Shown one piece after another: positions 1 to 9,393 of a stretch of DNA of 27,235 nt (within the stretch, counting starts at the first letter, position 1; each line of letters starts with the position of its first letter). The stretch covers positions 1 through 27,235 of the forward strand of contig JBFWOZ010000041.1 in the NCBI GenBank assembly GCA_050250255.1, written 5' to 3'. This DNA is from Bdellovibrionales bacterium (lineage in GTDB: Bacteria; Bdellovibrionota; Bdellovibrionia; Bdellovibrionales; DASUEL01). The notes beneath the pieces were generated by a model that was given only the letters and a program-made list of their open reading frames with translations, was not told where the DNA came from and made no database searches. The position numbers were made by a program, and so were the translations under genes.

Positions 1-255
1 GGGATTGATCTGACTTTGGCTCAACAAGTACAAGTGGTGCACATGTCCATCTTGGCGGGAATTGGAACCGCGGGTGTGCCAGGTGGTTCGCTCCCACTTA
101 TTATGATCTCGCTTCAACAGATGGGAATTCCCCCAGAAGCACTCGGTATCGTTCTCGGAGTCGATCGCTTTTTAGATATGTGTCGCACGACCGTGAATGT
201 CAGTGGAGATTTAGTTATTGCTGCTCTTGTAAGTAGCGAATCTAAAAAAACTTGA
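1..255 (+). CDS. Dicarboxylate/amino acid:cation (DAACS, GltP/DctA-like) symporter, C-terminal part (5' end outside window)
   Basis: Frame open from base 1 (GIDLTLAQQ...). Contains GIGTAGVPGGSL and GVDRFLDMCRTTVNVSGD, the conserved C-terminal motifs of glutamate/dicarboxylate symporters. Confidence 0.93.
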   Translation, partial: GIDLTLAQQVQVVHMSILAGIGTAGVPGGSLPLIMISLQQMGIPPEALGIVLGVDRFLDMCRTTVNVSGDLVIAALVSSESKKT

Positions 256-821
256 GTTTTAACTTCATTGCTGATCGTCTCTCAGAGGATCAGCATTGTA
301 TTGTCCCAGATTTTTTTTCAATCGAAGAAACCAACACGTTCTCTGAAGCTTTGAAAGTACTCCAATCTTCAGGAGATTTTCAAAAAGCACGTGTTGGGCG
401 TAATTCTGAAACTCAACTTCAAGAGACTGTTAGAGGCGATCAAATCTGCTGGATGAATTCCGAAGAGCCCTTGTTTGCTTCTTATTTCAAGAAAATGGAA
501 CTTGTTCGAAATGCTATTAATGAGAAGTTATTTTTAGGGGCTTATTCTTTAGACGCTCATTTTGTTTCCTATGAAGCCGGTGCCCATCGTGATGCTTTTT
601 CCGCGGGCGACTCACGTCTTCTTTCAACCGTTTGCTATTTAAATGAAGACTGGAAAGACTCTGAGGGTGGGCAACTAAAGCTCTATTTAGAAAATAAAAT
701 CGTCGAAGTTTTTCCACAATCTGGCACGATGGTTTGCTTTTTTAGCCAAACACAAGAGCATGAAGTTTTGCCCGCGACCCGAGAGCGACTCAGCATTGCG
801 GGTTGGTTTAAAAGGGCCTAA
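252..821 (+). CDS. 2OG-Fe(II) oxygenase, prolyl-hydroxylase-like (SM-20/EGLN-type)
   Basis: RGDQICW, HxD (HRD), YLNEDWxxxxGGxL, distal His in EHEVLPA, and RLSIAGW. TTG start overlaps the upstream stop. Confidence 0.88.
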   Translation: MSFNFIADRLSEDQHCIVPDFFSIEETNTFSEALKVLQSSGDFQKARVGRNSETQLQETVRGDQICWMNSEEPLFASYFKKMELVRNAINEKLFLGAYSLDAHFVSYEAGAHRDAFSAGDSRLLSTVCYLNEDWKDSEGGQLKLYLENKIVEVFPQSGTMVCFFSQTQEHEVLPATRERLSIAGWFKRA

Positions 822-823
822 GC

Positions 824-1909
824 CTATTTATCACGTAAGGTGTGGCAGATGTGTCCACCATTTTTCTGGAAATAATCTTGATGATAGTCTTCTGCAGAAT
901 AAAACTTTGCCGCAGGCACGATTTGAGTGACCGCCTTTGTTTTGAAAACTCCCGATTGATCAAACTTCTCTTTGGATCTTTCCGCAATTTTTTTCTGTTC
1001 TTCCGAGTGAAAGAAGATGGCCGAGCGATACTGTGTGCCCTGGTCTACACCTTGACGATTTAAAGTGGTAGGATCATGTAAGCGCCAAAAATAACCAAGC
1101 AAGGTTTCGTAAGAAACCACTTTCGGATCAAATTCAATTTCGACGGCTTCCGCGTGCCCGGTCTGTCCCGTGCTGATAATTTTGTAAGTTGGATTGTCGG
1201 TTTGCCCACCTATATATCCCACGGTTGTGTTCACAACTCCCTTAATGCCTCTTAAGATTTCTTCAACGCCCCAGAAACATCCAGCGGCGAAAGTCGCTTT
1301 TTCTGTATTTGTTTTTTTAGTATTCACAGATGATTCCTTCTCGCTCGTCACCTTACTTGTCTCTTTACTTGCCGTCGTTCTTTGATCCGCGCCCTTAAAG
1401 AGAGCGAGATATTCTCCGTAACCTGCTTTTTCCATTTCCTCTAAGGGTACAAATCTCATCGCGGCAGAGTTCATGCAGTAACGTTCTCCGGTAGGGCCCG
1501 GACCATCATTAAATACATGGCCCAAATGAGAGTTGCCGTGCTTACTTCTTACCTCTGTGCGCGAAGACCATAACTTTTTGTCTTCCTTCGTTGTGATGTG
1601 ATCTTTTTTGATTGGCTGAGTGAAGCTTGGCCAACCCGTACCTGAATCGTATTTATCGAGAGAGCTAAAAAGTGGCTCACCCGATACAACATCTACATAG
1701 ATACCGGCACGTTTATTATCCCAATAGGCGTTGGCGAAAGGACGCTCGGTGCCTTCGTGTTGCGTCACGTAGTACTGCTCGTCGCTCAGTTTCTTTTTGA
1801 GTTCCGCTTCTTCTGGTTTTTTATACTTCGTTGAATCTGATGCCATAATTACTAAGGAATATGGGCTCAAAATGAAAGAAATCAAGAGAAAGAGACGAAA
1901 TACTCGCAT
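824..1909 (-). CDS. msrAB: Exported bifunctional methionine sulfoxide reductase, MsrB-MsrA order
   Basis: MsrB motifs [31 protein letters not shown], followed by MsrA motifs [34 protein letters not shown]-terminus is signal-peptide-like. ATG at 1909 is preceded by GGAGG. Confidence 0.93.
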   Translation of the reverse strand: MRVFRLFLLISFILSPYSLVIMASDSTKYKKPEEAELKKKLSDEQYYVTQHEGTERPFANAYWDNKRAGIYVDVVSGEPLFSSLDKYDSGTGWPSFTQPIKKDHITTKEDKKLWSSRTEVRSKHGNSHLGHVFNDGPGPTGERYCMNSAAMRFVPLEEMEKAGYGEYLALFKGADQRTTASKETSKVTSEKESSVNTKKTNTEKATFAAGCFWGVEEILRGIKGVVNTTVGYIGGQTDNPTYKIISTGQTGHAEAVEIEFDPKVVSYETLLGYFWRLHDPTTLNRQGVDQGTQYRSAIFFHSEEQKKIAERSKEKFDQSGVFKTKAVTQIVPAAKFYSAEDYHQDYFQKNGGHICHTLRDK

Positions 1910-2057
1910 GAAACCTCCAAACCAATGCAATCAAGAAGCATAAGCTGTTTGATAGAAAAAAAACGATGAATTCTTCCGGTACAAAAAATCTTTATTCCAA
2001 AATAAATCACGAGGAAGAAAGTTCTTGCCTGTTAGGCGCCAATTGTTAGCGTGAATC

Positions 2058-2426
2058 ATGATGCTGATGTCCATTTCCAGGAAAGTAAAGTTACTCGCGA
2101 TTTTTGCATTCTTTTGTCTTCTTCCTATCTTACTGTCGCTCATGGTTGAATGGTCAAGAATTCATGGTTTTTGGGGTGGGATTGTCTTTTGGCTCAAACA
2201 TGGGCCCCAAGATCCAATTTTGCTCGCAGCAGAAATTGATTTTTTAGCGTTTATGACAATTGTAGGCCTGCTCTTGTTGAAAGATTATTTCTCTCTTCGG
2301 GGGAAAATCGGTGTCATTTTTGCCTTCTGGTGCGCGCTCTACATTTTATTTCCTTCTCTCGGGATTCTCTCTTACATTTTCTATTTAAGACCCTCAAAGG
2401 CCCTTAAATCGGGGCTCCCTTACTAA
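2058..2426 (+). CDS. Small multi-pass membrane protein (DUF2834/DUF1475-like)
   Basis: 122 aa with 3-4 hydrophobic segments and an intramembrane 'IDF'. The family resemblance is by eye only. Confidence 0.6.
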   Translation: MMLMSISRKVKLLAIFAFFCLLPILLSLMVEWSRIHGFWGGIVFWLKHGPQDPILLAAEIDFLAFMTIVGLLLLKDYFSLRGKIGVIFAFWCALYILFPSLGILSYIFYLRPSKALKSGLPY

Positions 2427-2465
2427 AAGTCCTGGTCTTGACGCTTCGAAAATTTGGGTGTGAAC

Positions 2466-2735
2466 TTAGGGTGTGTACGGCAATTTCCTTAGGGTTTCGT
2501 TTGTTTTAATGGAGAGAGACCAAGGCACGACGACGAAAGACTGGCCAAAGTCAATTCGAGGAGGAAGTAACGCGGGGATCTCTCCATTAAAACAAACCCG
2601 GAGGGCGTCTTTTATTTGTCTTTCTTCATCGTTGCTCGTCGTCGACGTAGTTTAAACTATGTCTCCTCCTCGGCGCCTTGAAGAAAGACAAATAAAAGGC
2701 GCGAAACCCTAAGGAAATTGCCGTACACACCCTAA
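2466..2735. mobile_element. MITE-like palindromic element with long terminal inverted repeats
   Basis: Perfect 34-bp IR 2466-2499/2702-2735 (TTAGGGTGTGTACGGCAATTTCCTTAGGGTTTCG), consistent with 31-bp TIRs plus a duplicated TA. Internal stems 2500-2517/2579-2596 and 2606-2628/2679-2701. No transposase inside. Confidence 0.7.
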
Positions 2736-2769
2736 AAACACGGATGAAGATGTCCCACGGAGGGGAATT

Positions 2770-4134
2770 TTGTCACAAGCGATAGAACAACGAGATGTTT
2801 TAATCGTCGGGGCTGGTATTGCAGGCCTTAGCCTAGCAATCCGTCTTAAAGAAAGCGGACTTAATCCCCTGCTCATCGAAAAGCAAGTGGGCGTTCGCAA
2901 TCAATTAAAGGGAGAGTTTTTCCAACCTAAGGGTGTCGAACTTCTTTCAGAGCTCAACCTGCTTTCTTCTTTTTCTGCTGAACACATTCAAGAAATTCAT
3001 CAAATTCACCATAACTATGCGCACCCTATTCTTAAACATACTCTCTCATTTTCTACGCATTTTGATTCCTATCGACCCAACGTCTACGGGCTTATCTGTT
3101 TGCACGAAGATATTCTTCTTTCACTTAGAAAAAGATATCAATCTCTAGGCGGCGATCTTCATGAAGGCTGTCACGTCGTAGATTTGGATGTTCTCCAAAA
3201 TGCAACTCTTTGCACACTTTCTTCAGGAAAAATAATTAAGACGAAGATCTTTGTGGGATCTGATGGCCGCTACAGCACGACTCGAAAAATGGCCCAGATG
3301 CCGGTCGTTGATGTCGATTGTGATCGAGTCATGGTTGCGACCCTTATGCCCGACGTCAACATCTCTGAGGGGGTGTTTTATACCGAAGAAATTCCGCAAG
3401 GAGTGATCTACGCGTTCAAATACAAAAATAATTTGAGCCGTGTTTATATTTGTTTTTTAAAAGAGGAACTCGCTAAAGCCACAGCCCAACGTGAAGCTTT
3501 TTTCACGGAAAAAATCAAAGACACAAAGCTTTTTGCGCAGAAAAAAATTGTCTATCAAGAGCCTATTTTGTTTATGCCTACTGTAGATACGATGTTAGCC
3601 AAGCGCTCACGTAAAAATGCGGTATGGATTGGAGACGCTGCTGGAGTTGTTGACCCGCTCGCAGGATATGGACTCACACTGTCTCTCCAGGATGCCCAAG
3701 AGCTTGCCGAGACCATCATTACCAACTTAGCCGATACGAAGAACTTGGAAACCCACCTTGCTCACTTTGCCGCAAGTTCTCAGAAGCGTTATTTACATGC
3801 ACGCTACATTGGGCTTTGGGTTGCTACACTTTTTATGGGCTCTCATCGCGCAGGAAGACTTGCGAAGTGGCGTACGCTCTCGCAAGTGCGTAAGAACGCA
3901 GAACTTCAAACACGTCTCTTGGGGCTTTTTTCAGGTTTTGATACCAACCCATTTCATCTCCATGACATTCCTTACTACTTAGGGCTGCTACCTAATATGA
4001 TTCATGAGAAAGTAGATGGGTTTTCGATCATGCAAAAAATGAGTCTTGTTCAAAATTATATTTTAACAACACCGTTTGAAGTGAAAAAAACTGAAGTCAA
4101 AAATAAGTTCATTGAACTTATCACGCGAGTTTAA
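2770..4134 (+). CDS. FAD-dependent monooxygenase (UbiH/squalene-epoxidase superfamily)
   Basis: GAGIAG Rossmann motif, GEFFQPKG, GSDGRYSTTR (DG motif), IGDAAGVVDPLAGYG (GD motif). TTG start preceded by GGAGGGG. Confidence 0.88.
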   Translation: MSQAIEQRDVLIVGAGIAGLSLAIRLKESGLNPLLIEKQVGVRNQLKGEFFQPKGVELLSELNLLSSFSAEHIQEIHQIHHNYAHPILKHTLSFSTHFDSYRPNVYGLICLHEDILLSLRKRYQSLGGDLHEGCHVVDLDVLQNATLCTLSSGKIIKTKIFVGSDGRYSTTRKMAQMPVVDVDCDRVMVATLMPDVNISEGVFYTEEIPQGVIYAFKYKNNLSRVYICFLKEELAKATAQREAFFTEKIKDTKLFAQKKIVYQEPILFMPTVDTMLAKRSRKNAVWIGDAAGVVDPLAGYGLTLSLQDAQELAETIITNLADTKNLETHLAHFAASSQKRYLHARYIGLWVATLFMGSHRAGRLAKWRTLSQVRKNAELQTRLLGLFSGFDTNPFHLHDIPYYLGLLPNMIHEKVDGFSIMQKMSLVQNYILTTPFEVKKTEVKNKFIELITRV

Positions 4135-4742
4135 AACCAATTGTAGTTAAAACTAATACTCACCCGATCTTGTTCGGACATATTCTGCTCAACTTCGTGT
4201 CGAAGCCAGCTCTCAAACAGCAAAACATGGCCGTTTTGTGGAAGAAGCTTATAGAACCTTTGATTCTCTAACTTGGCAGACGGCTTACGAGGCACGGAAC
4301 CCATAAAACATGTCATTCGTGGGTCTTCAAATTTTATTTTGCTGCTTTTCTTTTCGACCTGAACATAGAACGTTCCACTAATAGACGAAACCGGATGAAG
4401 ATGGAGGCTATGGAAAGTTCCTTTGGGCACAATGTTCACCCATAAATTAGTCATCTCAAGCTTGTGATTCTTCACATCCATATCTAGGGTGTTCGCAAAC
4501 TTTTTCACGTGTCGATCAATTTTGTTTTTTAGATTTTCAAACGTGGAAGAGAAACGAAATAGCTCCGACATACTAGAATAAGATGTGTAGCCACCAGCAT
4601 AATTGGATTCAGACCACTTTCTACCTTTTTTATCATAGTCACGCAGCTGATAACATTCCTTAAGGAGTTGCTTTTGCAAACTGCCCGAAGCTGAAGTTAA
4701 GTTTTCGTAATAAACATGTGTTGGAAAAAGTTTAGTTATCAT
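4131..4742 (-). CDS. TIGR02466-family putative 2OG-Fe(II) oxygenase
   Basis: LFPT N-terminus, WVNI, HxHP..ISGTFYV, FEDPR, LFESWLRHEV, RVSISFN. Confidence 0.85.
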   Translation of the reverse strand: MITKLFPTHVYYENLTSASGSLQKQLLKECYQLRDYDKKGRKWSESNYAGGYTSYSSMSELFRFSSTFENLKNKIDRHVKKFANTLDMDVKNHKLEMTNLWVNIVPKGTFHSLHLHPVSSISGTFYVQVEKKSSKIKFEDPRMTCFMGSVPRKPSAKLENQRFYKLLPQNGHVLLFESWLRHEVEQNMSEQDRVSISFNYNWF

Positions 4743-4817
4743 GATTCTTTTCTTTTTGGTAAGTTATGCAGAACGCGCTCTGCAGAACATTTTAATACGC
4801 ACTATTTAGGAATGTAA

Positions 4818-5891
4818 ATGAATTCGATTTTAAAAAGCTGGGGATGGAATGATTTCTTTGAAAGGCAACTCCAAGAAGTTCTCTTGGAGAACTCCTCAGA
4901 GGTCCTCATTCCCGCAAGAATTACTGGTGAAGATCGCGGACAATATCGCATTGTGGAGCAAACTGGAAAATTGTCGATCGCCGAGCTGAAAGGCGCGCTG
5001 AAGAAAAATGGAATTAAACCTACCGTCGGAGATTGGGTGTTGGGTAGTGCATTGCCAGGAACTGACCGCATGCTCGTTACACACTCTCTACAAAGACAGA
5101 CAAGCCTTGTACGACGAGAATCTGGCCAAGAATACAAATCGCAAGATCTGGCAGCAAATGTAGATTTAGTTTTCATTGTCACCTCCGCTAACTCAGATTT
5201 TAACCTTCGTCGAATAGAACGGTTTTTAGCCTTGATTGCTCAAGGTGGAGCTCAATCTGCTGTTGTGCTTTCAAAAACAGATTTAGCGGAAAACGTGGAT
5301 TCCTTTGTGGATTCGTTAAAAACATTAAGAATGAAATTTCCGATTTGTCCGGTGAGTTTGGTGGAAAACTCTGGATTGGAACGAGTAAAGGAGCTCTGTC
5401 TCCCTGGTACAACCGTGGCTCTCATCGGTGCATCTGGGGTTGGCAAGTCTTCGCTCGTAAATGCTTTGGGCGAAGCCAATTTTCAAGCCGTGAATCCCAT
5501 TCAAGACAATGAGAAAGGACGGCACACCACAACGGGCCGCTCGCTTTTTCTCTTACAAAGCGGCGTTTGTCTTTTAGATACACCGGGACTTCGTGAGGTA
5601 GGACTGTGGGTGAATGAAGAAACCATTGAGAACTTATATGCAGATATTACGCAAATGAGTTTGCAGTGTAAGTTTACGAATTGCCTCCACGAAAAGGAGC
5701 CGGGCTGCGCGATCCAAAGTGCCATTAACAGTTCGCAACTTACGCAAGAGCGGCTAGAGGGCTACAGAAAACTTCAAGCAGAGGCTCGATTTTTTGAAAG
5801 AAAAGTGAACAAAGCTGCGGCCACTGAAGAAAAGAAGACGTGGAAGAAAATCCATATGTCTATGAGGGCGAAGAAAAAATTAGAAGAATAA
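4818..5891 (+). CDS. rsgA: Ribosome small subunit-dependent GTPase A
   Basis: VGDWV OB-fold motif, AANVD, SKxD (G4), GASGVGKSS (G1), GRHTTT, DTPG (G3), zinc site CKFTNCLHEKEPGC. Confidence 0.95.
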   Translation: MNSILKSWGWNDFFERQLQEVLLENSSEVLIPARITGEDRGQYRIVEQTGKLSIAELKGALKKNGIKPTVGDWVLGSALPGTDRMLVTHSLQRQTSLVRRESGQEYKSQDLAANVDLVFIVTSANSDFNLRRIERFLALIAQGGAQSAVVLSKTDLAENVDSFVDSLKTLRMKFPICPVSLVENSGLERVKELCLPGTTVALIGASGVGKSSLVNALGEANFQAVNPIQDNEKGRHTTTGRSLFLLQSGVCLLDTPGLREVGLWVNEETIENLYADITQMSLQCKFTNCLHEKEPGCAIQSAINSSQLTQERLEGYRKLQAEARFFERKVNKAAATEEKKTWKKIHMSMRAKKKLEE

Positions 5892-7160
5892 CTATTTGGA
5901 AGGGCTCGTCGATTTCCATTCTTTGGCAACAATCAGACGCGCTCCCTTTTTAAAGGTGATGTAATTCCAGGCCCACTGAATAAAAACAAAAAATTTGTTT
6001 TTAAAACCTACCAGATAAAAAATGTGAACAAAAAGCCAGGCCGCCCAAGCAATGAAACCGGTAGCCTTAAATTTTCCAAACTGGAGAATGGCTTTGCTTT
6101 TTCCAATGGTCGCCATACTTCCCTTATCAATGTATCGAAACGGGAGCTGTGTCCTTCCACGGATTTTCAATAAAATATTTTTAGCTACGTGCTGGCCCTG
6201 CTGTATCGCGACCGGCGCAAGACCCGGAAGCGATCCTCCATTTTCAAAGGGAAAATGAGCCATGTCGCCAATCACATAAACGTTTTCGTGACCTGGAATA
6301 TTTAATGTTGGCTCTATCGTCACGCGACCCATTTTATCTAACGGCGTTTTTAATTTTTTACCGAGACTTGAAGGTTCCACACCCGCTGCCCACAATACTG
6401 TATTGCACTTAATGAATTCGTCCTGGAGATAGACTCCCTCGGGAGTCACTTTTGTGACTCGTGTGTTGGTCCATACCTGTACGCCCAAAGATTCTAGATC
6501 GCGCGTAGCTTGTTTTGCGAGTTCGGCATCAAACGCCGAAAGAATTCGTGGACCCGCTTCAATCAAAATGACACGAGTCCGGGAAGGGTCAATGTAGCGG
6601 AAATCTTTTTCAAGGGTGAATCGGCTGATCTCGGCGATGGCACCTGCGAGCTCCACTCCCGTAGGTCCACCTCCCACAATGATAAATGTGAGAAGAGCTT
6701 TTTGTTTTTCAAGATTTTTTTCTGTTTCTGCAAGTTCATAGGAAAGCAAGATGCGCCTGCGTATTTCTGTTGCCTGCTCTAATGTTTTTAAACCTGGAGC
6801 CAGCTCCTCCCATTCCACATGGCCAAAGTAACTGTGTTTTGCTCCACACGCTAAGATCAGAAAATCAAAAGGCAGGAGCTCTCCGTCTATCGCGATTTTT
6901 TTGTTTTCTTTGTCGATGTCTGTGACGTTTCCTAAAATCACACGTGTATTGGAAAAATCTGAAAGTTCGGCACGAATCGGAACAGCGATCTCTGCGGGAG
7001 AAAGTCCGGCCGTGGCAACTTGGTAAAGTAATGGTTGAAATAGGTGATAGTTACGACGATCAACCAACGTGACAGAGACTTCTTTAGCACGACCTAGTTT
7101 CTTAGCAGCGTTAAGACCTCCAAAACCACCACCAACGATTATGACCTGCTTTCTTTCCAT
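5892..7160 (-). CDS. ndh: Type II NADH dehydrogenase (NDH-2)
   Basis: GGGFGG, HLFQPLLYQVATAGL, GGGPTGVELAG, WAAGV, IGD, APVAIQQG, YIDKGSMATIG. Confidence 0.93.
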   Translation of the reverse strand: MERKQVIIVGGGFGGLNAAKKLGRAKEVSVTLVDRRNYHLFQPLLYQVATAGLSPAEIAVPIRAELSDFSNTRVILGNVTDIDKENKKIAIDGELLPFDFLILACGAKHSYFGHVEWEELAPGLKTLEQATEIRRRILLSYELAETEKNLEKQKALLTFIIVGGGPTGVELAGAIAEISRFTLEKDFRYIDPSRTRVILIEAGPRILSAFDAELAKQATRDLESLGVQVWTNTRVTKVTPEGVYLQDEFIKCNTVLWAAGVEPSSLGKKLKTPLDKMGRVTIEPTLNIPGHENVYVIGDMAHFPFENGGSLPGLAPVAIQQGQHVAKNILLKIRGRTQLPFRYIDKGSMATIGKSKAILQFGKFKATGFIAWAAWLFVHIFYLVGFKNKFFVFIQWAWNYITFKKGARLIVAKEWKSTSPSK

Positions 7161-7280
7161 ACGGGATTTATGACACGCCTTTGCTCTCTAGACAACCGTC
7201 TAGAAAGATTTCTCCTGGGAAATTCAGTTGTATTCTTCTTATAAAAATCTAGACTTTTATTCTCAACAAAGGAGAAACAC

Positions 7281-7709
7281 ATGAAATTATTAATTTTAGC
7301 AATTGCTGTCGCTTTTGCGATGCCAAACGCTATGGCGGCAAGCAATGCAGCTTGTACCGCAGACGAAACCTACAAAGAAGTCACAAAAGCAGAGTTACAG
7401 AAATGGGTGGCAGAAAAGAGTGTATTTACAGTTGATGCCAACGGTAAAAAATCTTTCGATAAAACCCACATCGGTAACGCTATCGACTATAAAACTTTGA
7501 AGTCTGAAAAAGGCTCTCAGGATGCATTTGCAACTCAACTACCTAAGGACAAAAATGCATTGATCGTCGCTTACTGTGGTGGCCCTAGCTGTGAAGCTTG
7601 GAAAGAAGCTGCAGAGGAAGCTTGTAACCTTGGTTACACGAATGTTCGTCATTTTAAAGGCGGAATCAAAGCCTGGACGGACAAAAAATGGCTCGATAAA
7701 AAGATTTAA
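7281..7709 (+). CDS. Secreted rhodanese-like domain protein
   Basis: Signal peptide (MKLLILAIAVAFAMPNAMA), HIGNA, AYCGGPSC active-site loop, GYTNVRHFKGGIKAW. RBS AAGGAG. Confidence 0.88.
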   Translation: MKLLILAIAVAFAMPNAMAASNAACTADETYKEVTKAELQKWVAEKSVFTVDANGKKSFDKTHIGNAIDYKTLKSEKGSQDAFATQLPKDKNALIVAYCGGPSCEAWKEAAEEACNLGYTNVRHFKGGIKAWTDKKWLDKKI

Positions 7710-7726
7710 TCTCGTTTTCGAATCTA

Positions 7727-7758
7727 AGACCTCCCTCAATTGTATTAGAGGGGGGTTC
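7727..7758. terminator. Stem-loop downstream of rhodanese gene (possible terminator or stabiliser)
   Basis: AGACCTCCCTC...GAGGGGGTTCT imperfect inverted repeat without a clear U-tract. Confidence 0.35.
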
Positions 7759-7820
7759 TCATAGTAACTGTGCTGCCTAGAGGCTTGTCTTCTGTAAAGA
7801 AGTCATCCTAAAATAGCCTC

Positions 7821-8411
7821 ATGAAAAATATCTTAGTTTTATTTTTTGCCGCTTTTTTTTCTCTTCCAGCTCATGCCGATATTCTTATTGAGCCTTTTGC
7901 TGGATATTCCATTGGTACCATTTCTTACAAAACAGCCGACACCGTCGTACCTGCAGGCGCTACCGATTCAGGTACACTGAATGGTCTTACTTACGGAGCA
8001 CACGTGGCTTACGTTTTTCCTACAAGAATTTCTTTAGGCGCGGCTTACGAGATCAATTCTGGAACCAAGAAATGGAGTAGATCCAACGCTGATACAGATG
8101 TCTCCCAATCTACTTTGTACGCGATGGGTGGATTCTATGCTCCTCTTGGCCTACGAGCCTATGCTGGGTATGGATTGAAGACAGAAGAGAAAGATACCAT
8201 TAGTGGCGCAACCACTTCTTATACAGGAACAGCTATCAAATTAGGAGTGGGTTACGAGTTTCTACTCATGTTTGCGTTTAACTTAGAATACGTGATGTAT
8301 GACTTAAAGAATTTGAGTGCCTCTGGCACCGATATGCCTGTGACTGATCTATTTTCTGAATACAAGTATTCAGCGGTACGTCTTGTATTGAGCGTTCCTA
8401 TTCAATTGTAA
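7821..8411 (+). CDS. Small outer-membrane beta-barrel protein
   Basis: Signal peptide ending AHA, 'EPFAGY', alternating aromatic/Gly strands (GVGYEF, FNLEY), C-terminal 'LSVPIQL'. Confidence 0.75.
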   Translation: MKNILVLFFAAFFSLPAHADILIEPFAGYSIGTISYKTADTVVPAGATDSGTLNGLTYGAHVAYVFPTRISLGAAYEINSGTKKWSRSNADTDVSQSTLYAMGGFYAPLGLRAYAGYGLKTEEKDTISGATTSYTGTAIKLGVGYEFLLMFAFNLEYVMYDLKNLSASGTDMPVTDLFSEYKYSAVRLVLSVPIQL

Positions 8412-8424
8412 AGTAGAGTGTCCT

Positions 8425-9384
8425 TTGAAAAAAAGCTTCTTTTCCTTTGTTGCATTCACCGAAGCTTTTTTCTTGGGCCAAATTGCGTTCGCAAAACATG
8501 TTCCTCCTCCCGACTACGATCCAACAACCACCGAAGCTATCCACAAAGAAGTGAGCACTCGAGTCAACGACTTGGCCGAATCCATTGATTTCTTTTTTAG
8601 CGAAAAGAGGGCTTTGGATAAACAAAACAGAAGCACTTTCATTATTTCCCAAACACAAGAAGTCCCTCAGAGCGGAATTCCTCCCACCAAAACTTCTGTC
8701 TCATTAAATTTACGACTGGTTACTTTAGAGAAAATGGGCCAGGAAGTGGGCGAGGCGTTTTTGGGTATTGAAGATCAAGAAGAATACCAAAAAGATCCAC
8801 GTCATTACCCTGACGTAACACCTAATGAAAAAAAATCTCCGCTACCTAAACAGAAGAAGGAAGTTAAAAAAGCCCCTTCTTATCCTTGGCGAGTGACATT
8901 AGATCAACTCGTCATGGGCAAGATTCCTCCCGGATATATTGCCAAACTGAGGACAACGAAAGATTTCGAAACTTTTGGACTTATCAGTCACTTTCAACAT
9001 GAGTTTGGTTACGATACAGACAATATTTGGACAACCAACATTTCCTTTATTACGGATCGACAATTGAATACCAAATGGTTAGCCCGATGGGCAAATGAAG
9101 CGAATTGGTTTCTTGACCGATATACCGCAGGCTCTTCGCACGGTCCGACTTTTGTTCATAATATTACACCGCGCATTTATATGTCATATAACTTACGACT
9201 CAACACCACGCTTTGGGATCGAGTCCTATTTACAAATTCCTACTCACTAAATGTGATTTTTCGACAAGATATTTATGGTGGGTGGATTTTCTTCAACGTA
9301 GAGCCTTCTCTCACCTGGCCTCGAGATCGCGATTACCAAAGGGTATGGAATCTCCTACTGAGAGCCGAAGCCATTTTTGGCTAG
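8425..9384 (+). CDS. Hypothetical secreted protein, probable outer-membrane barrel
   Basis: Signal-peptide-like N-terminus, amphipathic beta-strand pattern in the C-terminal half, terminal 'RAEAIFG'. Confidence 0.6.
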   Translation: MKKSFFSFVAFTEAFFLGQIAFAKHVPPPDYDPTTTEAIHKEVSTRVNDLAESIDFFFSEKRALDKQNRSTFIISQTQEVPQSGIPPTKTSVSLNLRLVTLEKMGQEVGEAFLGIEDQEEYQKDPRHYPDVTPNEKKSPLPKQKKEVKKAPSYPWRVTLDQLVMGKIPPGYIAKLRTTKDFETFGLISHFQHEFGYDTDNIWTTNISFITDRQLNTKWLARWANEANWFLDRYTAGSSHGPTFVHNITPRIYMSYNLRLNTTLWDRVLFTNSYSLNVIFRQDIYGGWIFFNVEPSLTWPRDRDYQRVWNLLLRAEAIFG

Positions 9385-9393
9385 ATCGCCAAA

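Noticed and set aside
2473..2655. 60-aa ORF inside the palindromic element
   Set aside because: No RBS or protein-like features; a by-product of the repeat.
2466..2735. Retron msr-msd or IS110 bridge RNA interpretation of the multi-stem element
   Set aside because: No reverse transcriptase or IS110 recombinase in the window. The TIR and TA-flank layout fits a MITE better.
4763..4788. Short hairpin / TGCAGAAC direct repeat between divergent genes
   Set aside because: Too short to separate from chance without comparative data.
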